Shown: piece by piece, positions 1 to 10,300 of the stretch
How the letters are laid out: every line of letters starts with the position of its first letter
Numbering within the stretch: position 1 is the stretch's first letter
Notes under the pieces: generated by a model
Told to the model about the DNA's origin: nothing
The model's database searches: none
The model's input: only the letters and a program-made list of their open reading frames with translations
Source: Saprospiraceae bacterium
GTDB lineage: Bacteria; Bacteroidota; Bacteroidia; Chitinophagales; Saprospiraceae
DNA length: 64,000 bases
Direction of reading: 5' to 3'
NCBI GenBank assembly: GCA_965222105.1
Contig: CBDCTQ010000080.1
Coordinates: 18,638-82,637 of the forward strand
Position numbers and translations under genes: made by a program

Positions 1-3000
1 TCGTCGGCCATGTATTCCAGATAATTCGGATTGTAGGTAAAGGTCAACAGTGCAGCGCTGTTGCTGGTGGGTTGCGTTTGCGAATTGATGAGGAAAGGAC
101 AGTTGTCCATCACCGAGGTGGGAATGTCCAAAGCAATATCCACTTCGCCACAGCCCTCATCTGCCGCCAGGTTGTAGACAATATCAGAAGGGCAGGAAAT
201 GGTTGGATCCTGGTTGTCCGTCACATCAACTACAAACGAACAAGTCCCCACATTCCCAACGCAATCCGTCGCATAATAAGTAATGGTGTTTGCACCCGTC
301 ATCAACGTATCTACGACCGGCGCTATGGGGTCGACTGTTTGCAGCGGACCGTTGTTGATGCCGTATTGGAATGTCAGGTTGTTGGGTTCATTAGCCGAAT
401 AGTCGAGGCTGGCATCCACACTCGTACCACCTCCCGTGCCTGCATTGTTGGGGCAAATATCGTTGATCGCAAAAATTCCCGGTTGATTGGCGGGGATATT
501 CGGTTCGAGGGTGATCTGCACCTGACCATCTATCGCCCAGGCATTGAAAGTAGCTGCCGGAATGTTGACCACCGTCGTTACATCTGTACATTGCGCTGGC
601 GCAAAATTGGTCGTTCCGAGAAAGGATCCATCGTCGCCATAAATATTGAAAAACTCGGTGGGCTCCTCTCCGTCAAGCATGGTAAAATCTAGCTGGAGGG
701 CCACCGTGCCAGTAGCAATAACCGGCGGTGTCGGCAATCCGCTGAAGGTGATCGTAACCGGATTGACAGGCGTATCGTCGTCGCCGGGTTGAGAGGAGGC
801 GATTGGTTGAGATTCTGTAAAGTTATAACTAACCTCATTATTACATCCATCCGCTATTATTGGAGCAGCGAGCGTATACAAATTGTAACACTGCCCAGGG
901 TCGGTGGCCACGGCATCGTCGCCAGGACAAAAAACAAAGTCAGGAGGCGAGGTGTCGATGACGTTGAACACCCCGGTAGTCGAAGTAGCTGCGTTGCAAT
1001 CGTCGTACACCACAAAGTCGACCGTTTCACTGCGGTATATTCCAGGATTGGGAGATGGGCAGACCGCAGGATCCAACGCTCCCGGATGAGTTCCAGGCCA
1101 GGTAGACTGATCATTAATATTGTAGCTGCCCGGCACCGCTGCAAACCAGTTAAGATTGGTGGTACAGAGATCAAAAGCAGTAGCGTTGCCATTATTATTC
1201 ACCCAGTTGGCAAAAGCAGCATCCGCAGCCGTTTCGGTGGTACATTCCAGATTGATGGTTTCAGCGGGCGAAGTGATGGTGGGCCCGATGGTATCCTGCA
1301 CCGTGATGGTTTGTAGTTGGGTAGCCGCCGCATTGTTACAGGCATCCGCTACCGTCCAGGTGCGCTCAATGATGTAATTGTTAGGGCAGGCTCCCGGTAT
1401 ATTGACAATCACATCGTCATAACTGATCATGGGGTCGGCATCGCAATTGTCCGATACGTTAGCTACTGTTCCCGTTCCGCCGGGTGTCAAGTCGATGTGG
1501 CAATCAACAAGCGTATCTGCTGGCGCCGTAAAAGAAGGAATACCCACGTCCTGTACCATAATGTCCTGGGTGTAAGTATTGGCATTTCCACAAACGTCGG
1601 TTACCGTCCAGGTGCGGGTGAGGGTATAATTGTAAAAATTGCAATTGTCGGGGTCGGTGCCCTGTGTACTCGATTCGTCAAACTGTACCCCGGCGGAAAT
1701 ATTGCCATCGCAATTGTCAGCGGCAGTATAATCAGTACCCAAAACCGGTGCCGTGGGCACATTGTTGCAATCGACGGTGGCATTTCCCGGAAGACCACTC
1801 AACGTAGGCGGAGTCACATCCTGAACGATAATGGTTTGGGTAACAACGGCAGTGTTGTTGCAATCGTCAGTAGCTGTCCAGGTACGCGTTCGCTGAAAAT
1901 GGTACAGGCAGGACAAAGGTGTATCTACCGAATCGAGCGCAACAGTTACCGAAGCATCACAATTATCGGTTGCCACCACATTGGGCAGAGCCGGGATGGG
2001 ATCATCGCAGTTGACCGTCAGTGTGGCGTTGGAAGGATCAATCCCCGAAAATGTGGGGTCGGCCATGTCAGTAGCAAAAAAAGTAGCCATTGTTGTAGAA
2101 GGATTGTTACAACTGTCGATCACTGTAAAAATGACTTCTATCGACCAGTCGCAACCCACAGGAGTTATGGCAGGATAGCTGGCGTAATCGCCAAATTCAA
2201 TACCTGTGTCCGATCCTCCACTAGAAATGGTATAGCTGAAAAAGTCCCATTCGACGTCGGAGCAATTGTCGAAAGCAGTGGCACCTCCGTAATTGTCCAC
2301 CCAGGCATTAAAATCTGACTGATCGTCGCCCCCACCACAAGATTCTATATGGTCGGAAGCCGTAGGTGAAATGGTGGGCGAAATATTGTCTTCGACGATG
2401 TATTGAGCAGAGGACGTAGCGGTGTGGCCGCAACCATCAGTGACTGTAAACAGCACGATCCGCCTGCTTTCGTTGTAGCAGGTTCCGGGAATGGAGTCGA
2501 GCAGAGTATAAGACCAATGAGTAGAGCCAGGACCGTTATCAATGGTTGTACACACATCAACAGCAGATGCCCCCCCTCTGGTATTCAGCCAGTCGGAGTA
2601 AGTGATGGAAGGGTTGTCGCATTCCACCGTTATATTTTGAGCAAAAGTTGCCAGTGCCGGAGCAATGGTATCGATGATATTGAAATCGGCATCGGTGGTG
2701 GAGGTATTTCCGCAAAGGTCGGTGTAGGCAAATTCCACGGTTACGGAAGCACCACAACCAGAAGCCAGTTGCGCGTCTACAGAATCCTGCACCTGCGCAG
2801 GTGTTACCACATTGCCGCTCATTATCATGCTCATGGCGATATCGGCGTCAGCCGTACAAACATCAGAGGCTTCTGAATCGGCCCGATCGGCGAGCCAGGC
2901 CGACAACTGCACCTGATTGCCATTGCCGTCACAAACGACGGTGGTGTCTTTGGCACCGGCAATGATGTCAGGGTCGTTGGAGTCCTGTACGGTGAAGTTG

Positions 3001-4139
3001 ATCGTTACCGCATCGGCATTACCACATTGGTCGGTGGCGGTATAGGTAACAGAAGCTGTACCGGTAGTGCCGCCGCAGCCGCCAGCCAGGCCGGTAAAAT
3101 CATTCGACCAGACAATGTCGCCGGGAGTAGTACAATTGTCAGCCACCATAAAATTATCGCTCCAGTTCAAAATCTGAGTAATGGGATCGGAGGGAACACC
3201 GGTACATTGAAGGGTCGTATCGGTGACTGCCGGAGGGCTGATAATCGGATTGATGTTGTCAGTAATGGTATAGGTCACCGTCACCGCAGCAGTATTTCCG
3301 CAAAGGTCAGTTGCCGTGAAGGTAACATCCAGACTAGAGCAGTCTTCGTCGTAAACAGCGGGCGCGTCATCTGAGAGGCCCATGAGACCACAACCGCTGT
3401 CGGTGGCATTAAAAATGGCTCTTTGCGCCGTAATCCAGGTGCCGTAATCAGCCATTTCGCACGACTCGGTGGCTCCAACCGGAGTTCCGGTGATAACGGG
3501 ATCATCGCTATCGCCCAGTAAGGTGATGGTTTGGATATAAGTTGTCGAGTTGCCGGCGTCGTCAGTGGCAGTCCAATTTCTATCGAAGGAGCCGCCGTCA
3601 CATCCTGGAGGAGTAGTGGTTTGACCATTGTAAACCACCGTTACACCGCTACTACCACCTCCTGGAGGAGGGCAATTGTCGGTAGCCGTGAGTGTTGGCG
3701 GGCCGGGCACCTGGGCCAGGCAATCGTAGGTAGCATTAGCAGGTAGGGTGCCTGCATCGAAAACCGGATCGGTATCATCGACAAAATCGATCTCGAAGAT
3801 GAAGTGAAGGGAACCCACCTCTCCGTTGATGTCGTAATCCGCCTGATAAGTAATGAAAACAGTCACGCCCGCCTCGACCGGATCGTTGATGGCGTAGCCA
3901 CCACTGATCTCCATGAGGAAAAAATCGGTGATGATACAATCCGGTGTATTACATACCACACTCGTAGTTGCCGGATGCCCCCAATTTAGTGGAGCGGTAC
4001 AATCGGCCCCCACATATATGGTATCGGGTCCGGTATATTCAAAGGTCATATCAACCTGAGCATGAAGGGAAACGGAAAGGGTGAGTAGTCCGGCAAATAT
4101 CAAAAGGAAGTGCGGCACTTTGAGTAATCGGTTTTCCAT
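1..4139 (-). CDS. Large secreted repeat adhesin, SprB/HYR-like, N-terminal 1379 codons; the gene continues past the window start
   Basis: Minus-strand frame from ATG at 4139 (MENRLLKVPHFLLIFAGLLTLSVSLHAQ signal peptide) is open to position 1, and the ORF track lists no minus ORF in this frame. More than 13 spaced repeats of the T-W-T-(A/V)-x-D-x-CxN / NCD motif, typical of HYR-like Ig-fold adhesin repeats. All listed + strand ORFs here are antisense artefacts. Confidence 0.6.
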   Translation of the reverse strand, partial: MENRLLKVPHFLLIFAGLLTLSVSLHAQVDMTFEYTGPDTIYVGADCTAPLNWGHPATTSVVCNTPDCIITDFFLMEISGGYAINDPVEAGVTVFITYQADYDINGEVGSLHFIFEIDFVDDTDPVFDAGTLPANATYDCLAQVPGPPTLTATDNCPPPGGGSSGVTVVYNGQTTTPPGCDGGSFDRNWTATDDAGNSTTYIQTITLLGDSDDPVITGTPVGATESCEMADYGTWITAQRAIFNATDSGCGLMGLSDDAPAVYDEDCSSLDVTFTATDLCGNTAAVTVTYTITDNINPIISPPAVTDTTLQCTGVPSDPITQILNWSDNFMVADNCTTPGDIVWSNDFTGLAGGCGGTTGTASVTYTATDQCGNADAVTINFTVQDSNDPDIIAGAKDTTVVCDGNGNQVQLSAWLADRADSEASDVCTADADIAMSMIMSGNVVTPAQVQDSVDAQLASGCGASVTVEFAYTDLCGNTSTTDADFNIIDTIAPALATFAQNITVECDNPSITYSDWLNTRGGASAVDVCTTIDNGPGSTHWSYTLLDSIPGTCYNESRRIVLFTVTDGCGHTATSSAQYIVEDNISPTISPTASDHIESCGGGDDQSDFNAWVDNYGGATAFDNCSDVEWDFFSYTISSGGSDTGIEFGDYASYPAITPVGCDWSIEVIFTVIDSCNNPSTTMATFFATDMADPTFSGIDPSNATLTVNCDDPIPALPNVVATDNCDASVTVALDSVDTPLSCLYHFQRTRTWTATDDCNNTAVVTQTIIVQDVTPPTLSGLPGNATVDCNNVPTAPVLGTDYTAADNCDGNISAGVQFDESSTQGTDPDNCNFYNYTLTRTWTVTDVCGNANTYTQDIMVQDVGIPSFTAPADTLVDCHIDLTPGGTGTVANVSDNCDADPMISYDDVIVNIPGACPNNYIIERTWTVADACNNAAATQLQTITVQDTIGPTITSPAETINLECTTETAADAAFANWVNNNGNATAFDLCTTNLNWFAAVPGSYNINDQSTWPGTHPGALDPAVCPSPNPGIYRSETVDFVVYDDCNAATSTTGVFNVIDTSPPDFVFCPGDDAVATDPGQCYNLYTLAAPIIADGCNNEVSYNFTESQPIASSQPGDDDTPVNPVTITFSGLPTPPVIATGTVALQLDFTMLDGEEPTEFFNIYGDDGSFLGTTNFAPAQCTDVTTVVNIPAATFNAWAIDGQVQITLEPNIPANQPGIFAINDICPNNAGTGGGTSVDASLDYSANEPNNLTFQYGINNGPLQTVDPIAPVVDTLMTGANTITYYATDCVGNVGTCSFVVDVTDNQDPTISCPSDIVYNLAADEGCGEVDIALDIPTSVMDNCPFLINSQTQPTSNSAALLTFTYNPNYLEYMAD

Positions 4140-4783
4140 ATTTTTCTGGTTTGTAAATAAGAAAGCAGGTTTTCGCTAAATAGTTTTAGGATTTACCTTC
4201 CGGAAAAGGTAAAGATGTCAAAAGTAAATCGTCGAAAAAGCAAATGAGGTACAGTTGCTTACTAAATTGGTAAGTAATTCGGTCGGGCCTTCTCAACATC
4301 CAGTCCCTGCCAAAATGGTTGGAGTGGATGCTCCAAATTTGTACAAAGCGTTCCACCATTGCAGACCGCCAGGGTCATCAACGTGTTGCGCAATCAGAGG
4401 CCGAGATTCGTTTGAAAAGAATGTGTACTTAGGCAAGTCGGTGACTTTGATACACCGTCGTATGTCACAACGGGTATAAAGCATTAGCTTTGATCTGTTC
4501 GTGGGAATCATTATTGCTGAGATTACATCTCCCCCCATAAAGGGGATTTCCGGTTCAAGAGATAATTTCAGCCAAAAATGAGACAATTATCGGTAAAAAC
4601 AAAAAACCAGACTAAAAATCGTGGTTTTAGTGCCAAAAATACTTGTTTCTACTCCCCGAACAGGCCATTTAATGGCCATCACCGCTTTTTAAAACAGGGG
4701 GCGATTCCTACCGCCCAAAAGTAGTGTAGTTGTACGGGACAAGTCTTCAAATGTTTGCGCTTTTGCAAATTTTCCCTGGTGGT

Positions 4784-4993
4784 TCACTCTTCTTCTTCCC
4801 TTCGTCTTTTTGCCAACTCCATCAACTTTTTGTCCTCTACGTTTTCATCGAGAAATTCGTTGATCTTTTCCACCTTAAAATTGGAGACAATCTCTCCAAA
4901 TTCATTGATCTGCACTTCAAAGCCTTCGAGGTCTTTATGCACCTTAGGCTTTTGGTCTTTGCTCTTTTTGTCCTTGTCCTTTTTTTTGGCCAT
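4784..4993 (-). CDS. Small highly charged Lys/Glu-rich hypothetical protein, translationally coupled to gltX
   Basis: 69-aa ORF MAKKKDKDKKSKDQ...RRREEEE starting 3 nt after the gltX stop on the same strand. No recognisable domain. Confidence 0.4.
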   Translation of the reverse strand: MAKKKDKDKKSKDQKPKVHKDLEGFEVQINEFGEIVSNFKVEKINEFLDENVEDKKLMELAKRRREEEE

Positions 4994-4996
4994 AGC

Positions 4997-6535
4997 TCAG
5001 GCATTGGTTAATAGTTTATCAAAATAGTCGATCCCGGCAGCAAGGTGTTCCGTCACTTTTTCTTTTCCCATCAGGGCCATCATTTCGTAGAGGGCGGGGC
5101 CCTTCATGGTACCAGCCAATACCAGCCGGAGAACGGGAAATACCTGCCCATTGCCCAGCCCCGTCTGCTGTTTGAATGTATCGACGGTTTTTTCCAGATT
5201 GGTCACATCGAATGGGGTCATCTGCTGAAGATCGGCGGCCAGTTTTTCAAAATAAGGCTTATACTCCGGCTTCCATTTTTTGCGGATCATCTTATCGTCG
5301 TAGCTGTGTACGGGTTCAAAAAAATAATATCCCTCGGCGGGAAAATCGGAATAAAAAGTAACCCGTTCTTTCATCAGTCCGCAGAAAGAAGCCAAAAACG
5401 CGTCATCAACAGCAGCGGATTGCTTATCTGTCAATAATGGTTTTACGATCCGGGCCAGTTCGTGGTTATCGGTAGCTTTGATGTATTCCTTGTTGTACCA
5501 TTTGGCTTTATCGAAGTCGAATTTGGCGCCGGAAGTGCCGATCCGTTCAAAGCTGAAAGCCTGGATGAGTTCGTCCATGGAGAATATTTCCTGTTCGGTT
5601 CCCGGGTTCCAACCCAAAAAGGCCAGAAAATTAATAACCGCTTTGTGGTCGAACCCAAATTCGCGGAAACCGACGAAAGCGTCATCGGGATCATCGCTTT
5701 TCCACGAAAGTGGGAACACGGGTATCCCCAACCGCTTGCCATCGCGCTTGCTGAGCTTACCCTTGCCGTTGGGTTTGAGAATGAGGGGTAGGTGGGCAAA
5801 GGCAGGCGGCTCCCAGCCAAATGCCCGATAGAGCAGCAGGTGATGGGGCGTACTGGGAAGCCACTCCTCCCCTCTTATCACATGGGAGATTTGCATGGCG
5901 TGATCGTCCACGATGTTGGCCAGATGATAAGTGGGCATCCCGTCGCTTTTGAGCATGACTTTGTCGTCGAGGGTGTCGCTGTTGTAGGGTACCTCACCTT
6001 TCAGCAAATCTTTCACCACGATGGTTTCTCCAGCAGGCACCTTTAGGCGAATGGTGTAGGGTTGCCCACTTTTCAACCGTTGCCGAACCTCTTCGTCAGT
6101 CAATGTAAGACTATTGTTCATCTCCATGCGGATGTGGGAGTCGTAGGCCAGCGAATGACCGCCGGCGGCTTTGAGGCGCTGGCGCATGGCGTCCAACTCT
6201 TCCGGGGTATCGAAAGCGTAGTAGGCCTGTCCGTTGTCGACGAGCTGCCGGGCGAACCGGCTGTACATCCCCTTTCGTTCCGACTGGCGGTAGGGGCCAT
6301 AGTCGCCGCCAAAGCCTGGACCTTCATCTGGGTGCAGGCCACACCATTCGAGGGCTTCCAGAATGTAGGCTTCGGCCCCGGACACGTAACGGGTCTGGTC
6401 GGTGTCTTCGATGCGAAGGAGGAAGGTGCCGCCCATTTTTTTGGCCAGTAAATAGTTGAAAAGTGCCGTGCGGATGCCGCCAATGTGGAGGGCTCCGGTA
6501 GGGCTGGGAGCAAATCGTACCCGGAAATTTTGCAT
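4997..6535 (-). CDS. gltX: Glutamate--tRNA ligase
   Basis: 512 aa with class I aaRS HIGH motif (PSPTGALHIGG) and KLSKR motif. Full-length GluRS-like sequence. Confidence 0.95.
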   Translation of the reverse strand: MQNFRVRFAPSPTGALHIGGIRTALFNYLLAKKMGGTFLLRIEDTDQTRYVSGAEAYILEALEWCGLHPDEGPGFGGDYGPYRQSERKGMYSRFARQLVDNGQAYYAFDTPEELDAMRQRLKAAGGHSLAYDSHIRMEMNNSLTLTDEEVRQRLKSGQPYTIRLKVPAGETIVVKDLLKGEVPYNSDTLDDKVMLKSDGMPTYHLANIVDDHAMQISHVIRGEEWLPSTPHHLLLYRAFGWEPPAFAHLPLILKPNGKGKLSKRDGKRLGIPVFPLSWKSDDPDDAFVGFREFGFDHKAVINFLAFLGWNPGTEQEIFSMDELIQAFSFERIGTSGAKFDFDKAKWYNKEYIKATDNHELARIVKPLLTDKQSAAVDDAFLASFCGLMKERVTFYSDFPAEGYYFFEPVHSYDDKMIRKKWKPEYKPYFEKLAADLQQMTPFDVTNLEKTVDTFKQQTGLGNGQVFPVLRLVLAGTMKGPALYEMMALMGKEKVTEHLAAGIDYFDKLLTNA

Positions 6536-6656
6536 GGTTCAACTGGTAATTTGCCGACCTATCTGACAAAAGGCAGCAAAAGTCAAAAAATACCGTTCTA
6601 CAACGGAGTGCAAAATTATAAAAATATTACTAACAGCATCCACACCACGCCCTTTT

Positions 6657-7280
6657 ATGTACCTCGCCAAAACACCTGCGTTCTTCCAAACCCTTTTTCC
6701 GGATTTCGTCTGGCAAATACCCTCGTCCGATAAAACTATTTATCTGACCTTCGACGATGGTCCCGTACCGGAAGTAACTCCCTGGGTACTCGATCTACTG
6801 GAGCAATACCAGGCCAAAGCAACCTTTTTTTGTGTGGGTGAAAACGTGGTGAATCATCCCGATATCTACGATCAGATCATCCGGCAGGGACACAGTGTGG
6901 GCAACCACACCCACAACCACCTCAACGGTTGGTCGACCGATGTGGTGACCTATGCCAACAATGTTCGCAAATGTGCACATCATGTTAGGTCAAGGCTGTT
7001 TCGCCCGCCCTATGGACGCCTTCGACCCCGGCAGGCGCGGTTTTTGAAAAAGCATTTCGACATAGTACTCTGGGATGTGTTGAGTGGCGACTTTGACCCC
7101 GGCCTTACGGCTGCACAATGTTGGAAGAATGTCCGCAATAATGCATCAGCGGGTAGTGTAATCGTTTTTCACGACAGTGTAAAGGCAGCCGGAAAACTGC
7201 GGGAGGTATTGCCCCGAACGATGGCGTATTTTGGCGGGCTGGGATATGGATTTCGCGGATTAGTAGAGTCAGGCGAATAA
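6657..7280 (+). CDS. Polysaccharide deacetylase family protein (NodB homology domain)
   Basis: TFDDGP motif and His-rich metal site (HSVGNHTHNH) characteristic of the CE4 / NodB fold. Confidence 0.85.
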   Translation: MYLAKTPAFFQTLFPDFVWQIPSSDKTIYLTFDDGPVPEVTPWVLDLLEQYQAKATFFCVGENVVNHPDIYDQIIRQGHSVGNHTHNHLNGWSTDVVTYANNVRKCAHHVRSRLFRPPYGRLRPRQARFLKKHFDIVLWDVLSGDFDPGLTAAQCWKNVRNNASAGSVIVFHDSVKAAGKLREVLPRTMAYFGGLGYGFRGLVESGE

Positions 7281-7380
7281 ACCCGCCCGCCCGACACCGG
7301 CCAACAATCTCCATACCCAATACCTGTCGGCAGCCGTACCTTACTTGCTGATGTGCTGATGAAAACTTGCACACTCCTCC

Positions 7381-10300
7381 TTACCGGATCAAGGTAACAT
7401 CTCCCCGATACAACAACACCGTACCATCGACAAAGATCACCTCTGCCAGATATACGTATACTCCGGTGTTCATGTCTTTGCCGTTGAACCGACCGTCCCA
7501 GCCTTCCAGGTAGGAATCGGCCGGAAGAAAGTTGAGATCTGAGTACAACTGCTCTCCCCAACGATCGTAAATATGAAAATAGCTGACCTGGGCCACACCA
7601 GGCCCTGTATATATCTTCATCACATCGTTGATGCCATCTCCGTTTGGAGAAAAAGCATTGGGGATGTACACATTTCTGTTTTTATCGATATCCACTATGA
7701 TCTCGTCGGTACCCACACAACCATTGACGTCGATTACGGTTATTTCATACTGAATCGTCTCCAACGGGCTGGCAACGGGTTCCCTGCAAAGGGTATCTCC
7801 TATCGGGCAGCGAAGAAAATTCATCGGCATCCAAAGCAACGTGTCAATGGGAAATACCGACCCGATGGCCGGATCGAGCTTCACACTGTCTCCTAGCTGT
7901 ATGGTCGTGTCGGGGCCCAGGCTCACCACTACCGGCAGCGGCTGGCCGACCGAAATATTGTATTCCGTAAAACAATCGTTGCTGTCAAAAACCCGGATGA
8001 CGTGATCTCCCGCTAAAATAGGAATAGCTGCCGTTTCAAATTGTTTTGGCCCAAAGTCGACAGAAAAGAAATATGGCTCTCCAATTCCTCCCCACGCCGT
8101 ATCGACTGTAACCACGGTTTGATCGCCAAAACAAAGCGGCTCCACAGGTGGAGGAATAAGTGCTTCCACCGGAGCAGGTTCCAACACGGTGTGTTGCACC
8201 TCATCCGAGCAGCCCTTCGAATCCGTAACCGTAACCGAATAAGTCCCCACCGTCAACCCCGTGGCAGTAGAAGAGTTATTCACATTTGGGTCCCAGGTAT
8301 AAGTAGCACCGCCGATATTGCCCCCCGTCCAGGTGACCACTATCTGCCCATCTTCCAGTCCGGCGCAACTGGCATTAAAAGTATTATCCAAATCAATGGC
8401 TGCAACCAACGGATCCGGCTCACCTACTATTACGGGTAGTAGTTTAGTACAACCATTGGCATCCGTGGCAATGACATTATAGGTTCCCGTGGGAACATTA
8501 TCTATTGTAGGGCCTATGGCCGCTACGGGATTGGTCCATTCGTAGGTATAGCTCGGTGTCCCTCCTGTAGCCTGAACCGTTGCTGAACCATCAGAATCAC
8601 CAAAGCAACTTACAGGAATACTGCTGGTGTTGGCAATGTCGAAAGCCAGTTCGGGTGGTGACGGAATGCTGTCGATCATATTCAACAAGTCTTCCACCTG
8701 TACCGTCACCGAGCAGTCTCCATCGTTGACCTCTACTGTCTGCACGCCCTGGCATAATTGCTGCGCCATGCTTTCCGAAACATTATTGAACACTTCTCCC
8801 GAAGACCAGTTGAAATTGTACAATCCCGTCTGGGCAGTACCGCCGGAAGCAATGGCCGTAGCCAGTCCATCACAAGGTACCCCCCCATTGCAGGATACCC
8901 CTTCTATGCCCGTGAAGGTGACCGCGATGGCTGAAGGGCATCCAACTTCTATACTCTCTTCAATGGTTTCACAAAAGTTGGCATCCGAAATGGTCACATT
9001 GTAAAATGAATCGCAGGTCAGGGCCGGCAACACAAAATCGGTACTTCCATTTTCCCAAAGAATGTTGTATGGTTCTGCACCTCCTGTAATATTTAAATTA
9101 ATCTGACCATCCGGGTCTTCCGGACACATGGGCTCCGTCACCACATAATCGATCACCATAGGAGGAGGCGCAAACAGGGTCACAGAATCCTGGGTCGAAC
9201 ATCCGTCAACATCGGTGACCGTCACGAAATAAGTGCCTGCGTTGAGGCCCGAAATCGTCTGGTCATTCTGTCCATTGCTCCACTCGTAGTTGATGATCGG
9301 AGAGGTACCGGGCTGGGCAATCACGGTCAGTTCGCCACTTTGATCGTTGGGACAAATGACACTTACCGAGTCAAAACCTGTGATGACCGGAAGGATCGGT
9401 TCACTGACGGCAATGGGTTGGCCATGAACACAACCATTTCCATCTGTTACAATCACATTATATAATCCTGCAATAAGGTTGGATATAGCTGGCCCGGTAG
9501 CCCCGTTGTCCCATGCATAGGTAAATGGCGGGGTCCCACCACTGGCCAACACCGTAATGGCCCCACTGCCGGGGCCAGAGTCGCAAGTGATGTGTTGCAA
9601 TAGGATGGTATCGAGCGTAATATCGATGTTACCGATGCCCTGACTGACCACTGTAGAGCACCCCAGGTTATCAGTGACCGTAGCAGAATAGGTACCCTGC
9701 CCCAGGCCATTGAGTTCAGTCATCCCATCATTGCCGGGCACACTCCAGACGATGTCATATGGAGCAATGCCGCCACTAAACACCAACGACATGGAGCCAT
9801 CCATACCACCAGGACATTGAGGATTGGTCGGATTTAATTGGGCAAACAACGGATCGGTATTGGGTATGGTAATCGTTCCGGTTTGAATAGTGCCTGTAGC
9901 ATCTGTTACTGCTACATCGTAGGTGCCTGGCGGCAAATCGATTACGGATTCAGTGTCGCCATTATTAGCAATAGTCCCCATCCCGTTATTTCCAGGATTA
10001 CCTACCTGCACCCATCCAAAATTATAGGGTGCATTGCCGCCGGTTACGGTGAAGGTGAAACTCCCGTTGTTGAGAATATCGGTGGTGCTGCAGGCTGTAA
10101 AATCCATTGTAATAGAACTGTTGGTGATGGTCACAGAACCTTCATTAAATTCATACCCGATGGCAAAGATGTCCACACCATTGGTCATCCCTATTTCTAT
10201 CACCGTCAGGTCATCGCCAAAAAAGGTAATGGGGCTACTGGTACCCACCGCACCAATGGCTGTAAAACAAACTTCGTACAAAACGGTGCCAGCAGGAAAG

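Noticed and set aside
72-3989. Many 60-330-aa ORFs on the + strand (72-692, 789-1316, 1317-2318, 2403-2876, 3027-3374, ...)
   Set aside because: They lie antisense or out of frame within the long open minus-strand frame of the giant adhesin gene. Their G/R/V-rich low-complexity composition is typical of shadow ORFs.
4540-4740. Possible tRNA-like or small RNA in the adhesin leader (ggttcaagag, ggccatttaatggcc hairpin)
   Set aside because: No cloverleaf with a proper T-loop (GGTTCRANYCC) or anticodon arm could be built. The hairpin lacks a following U-run on either strand.
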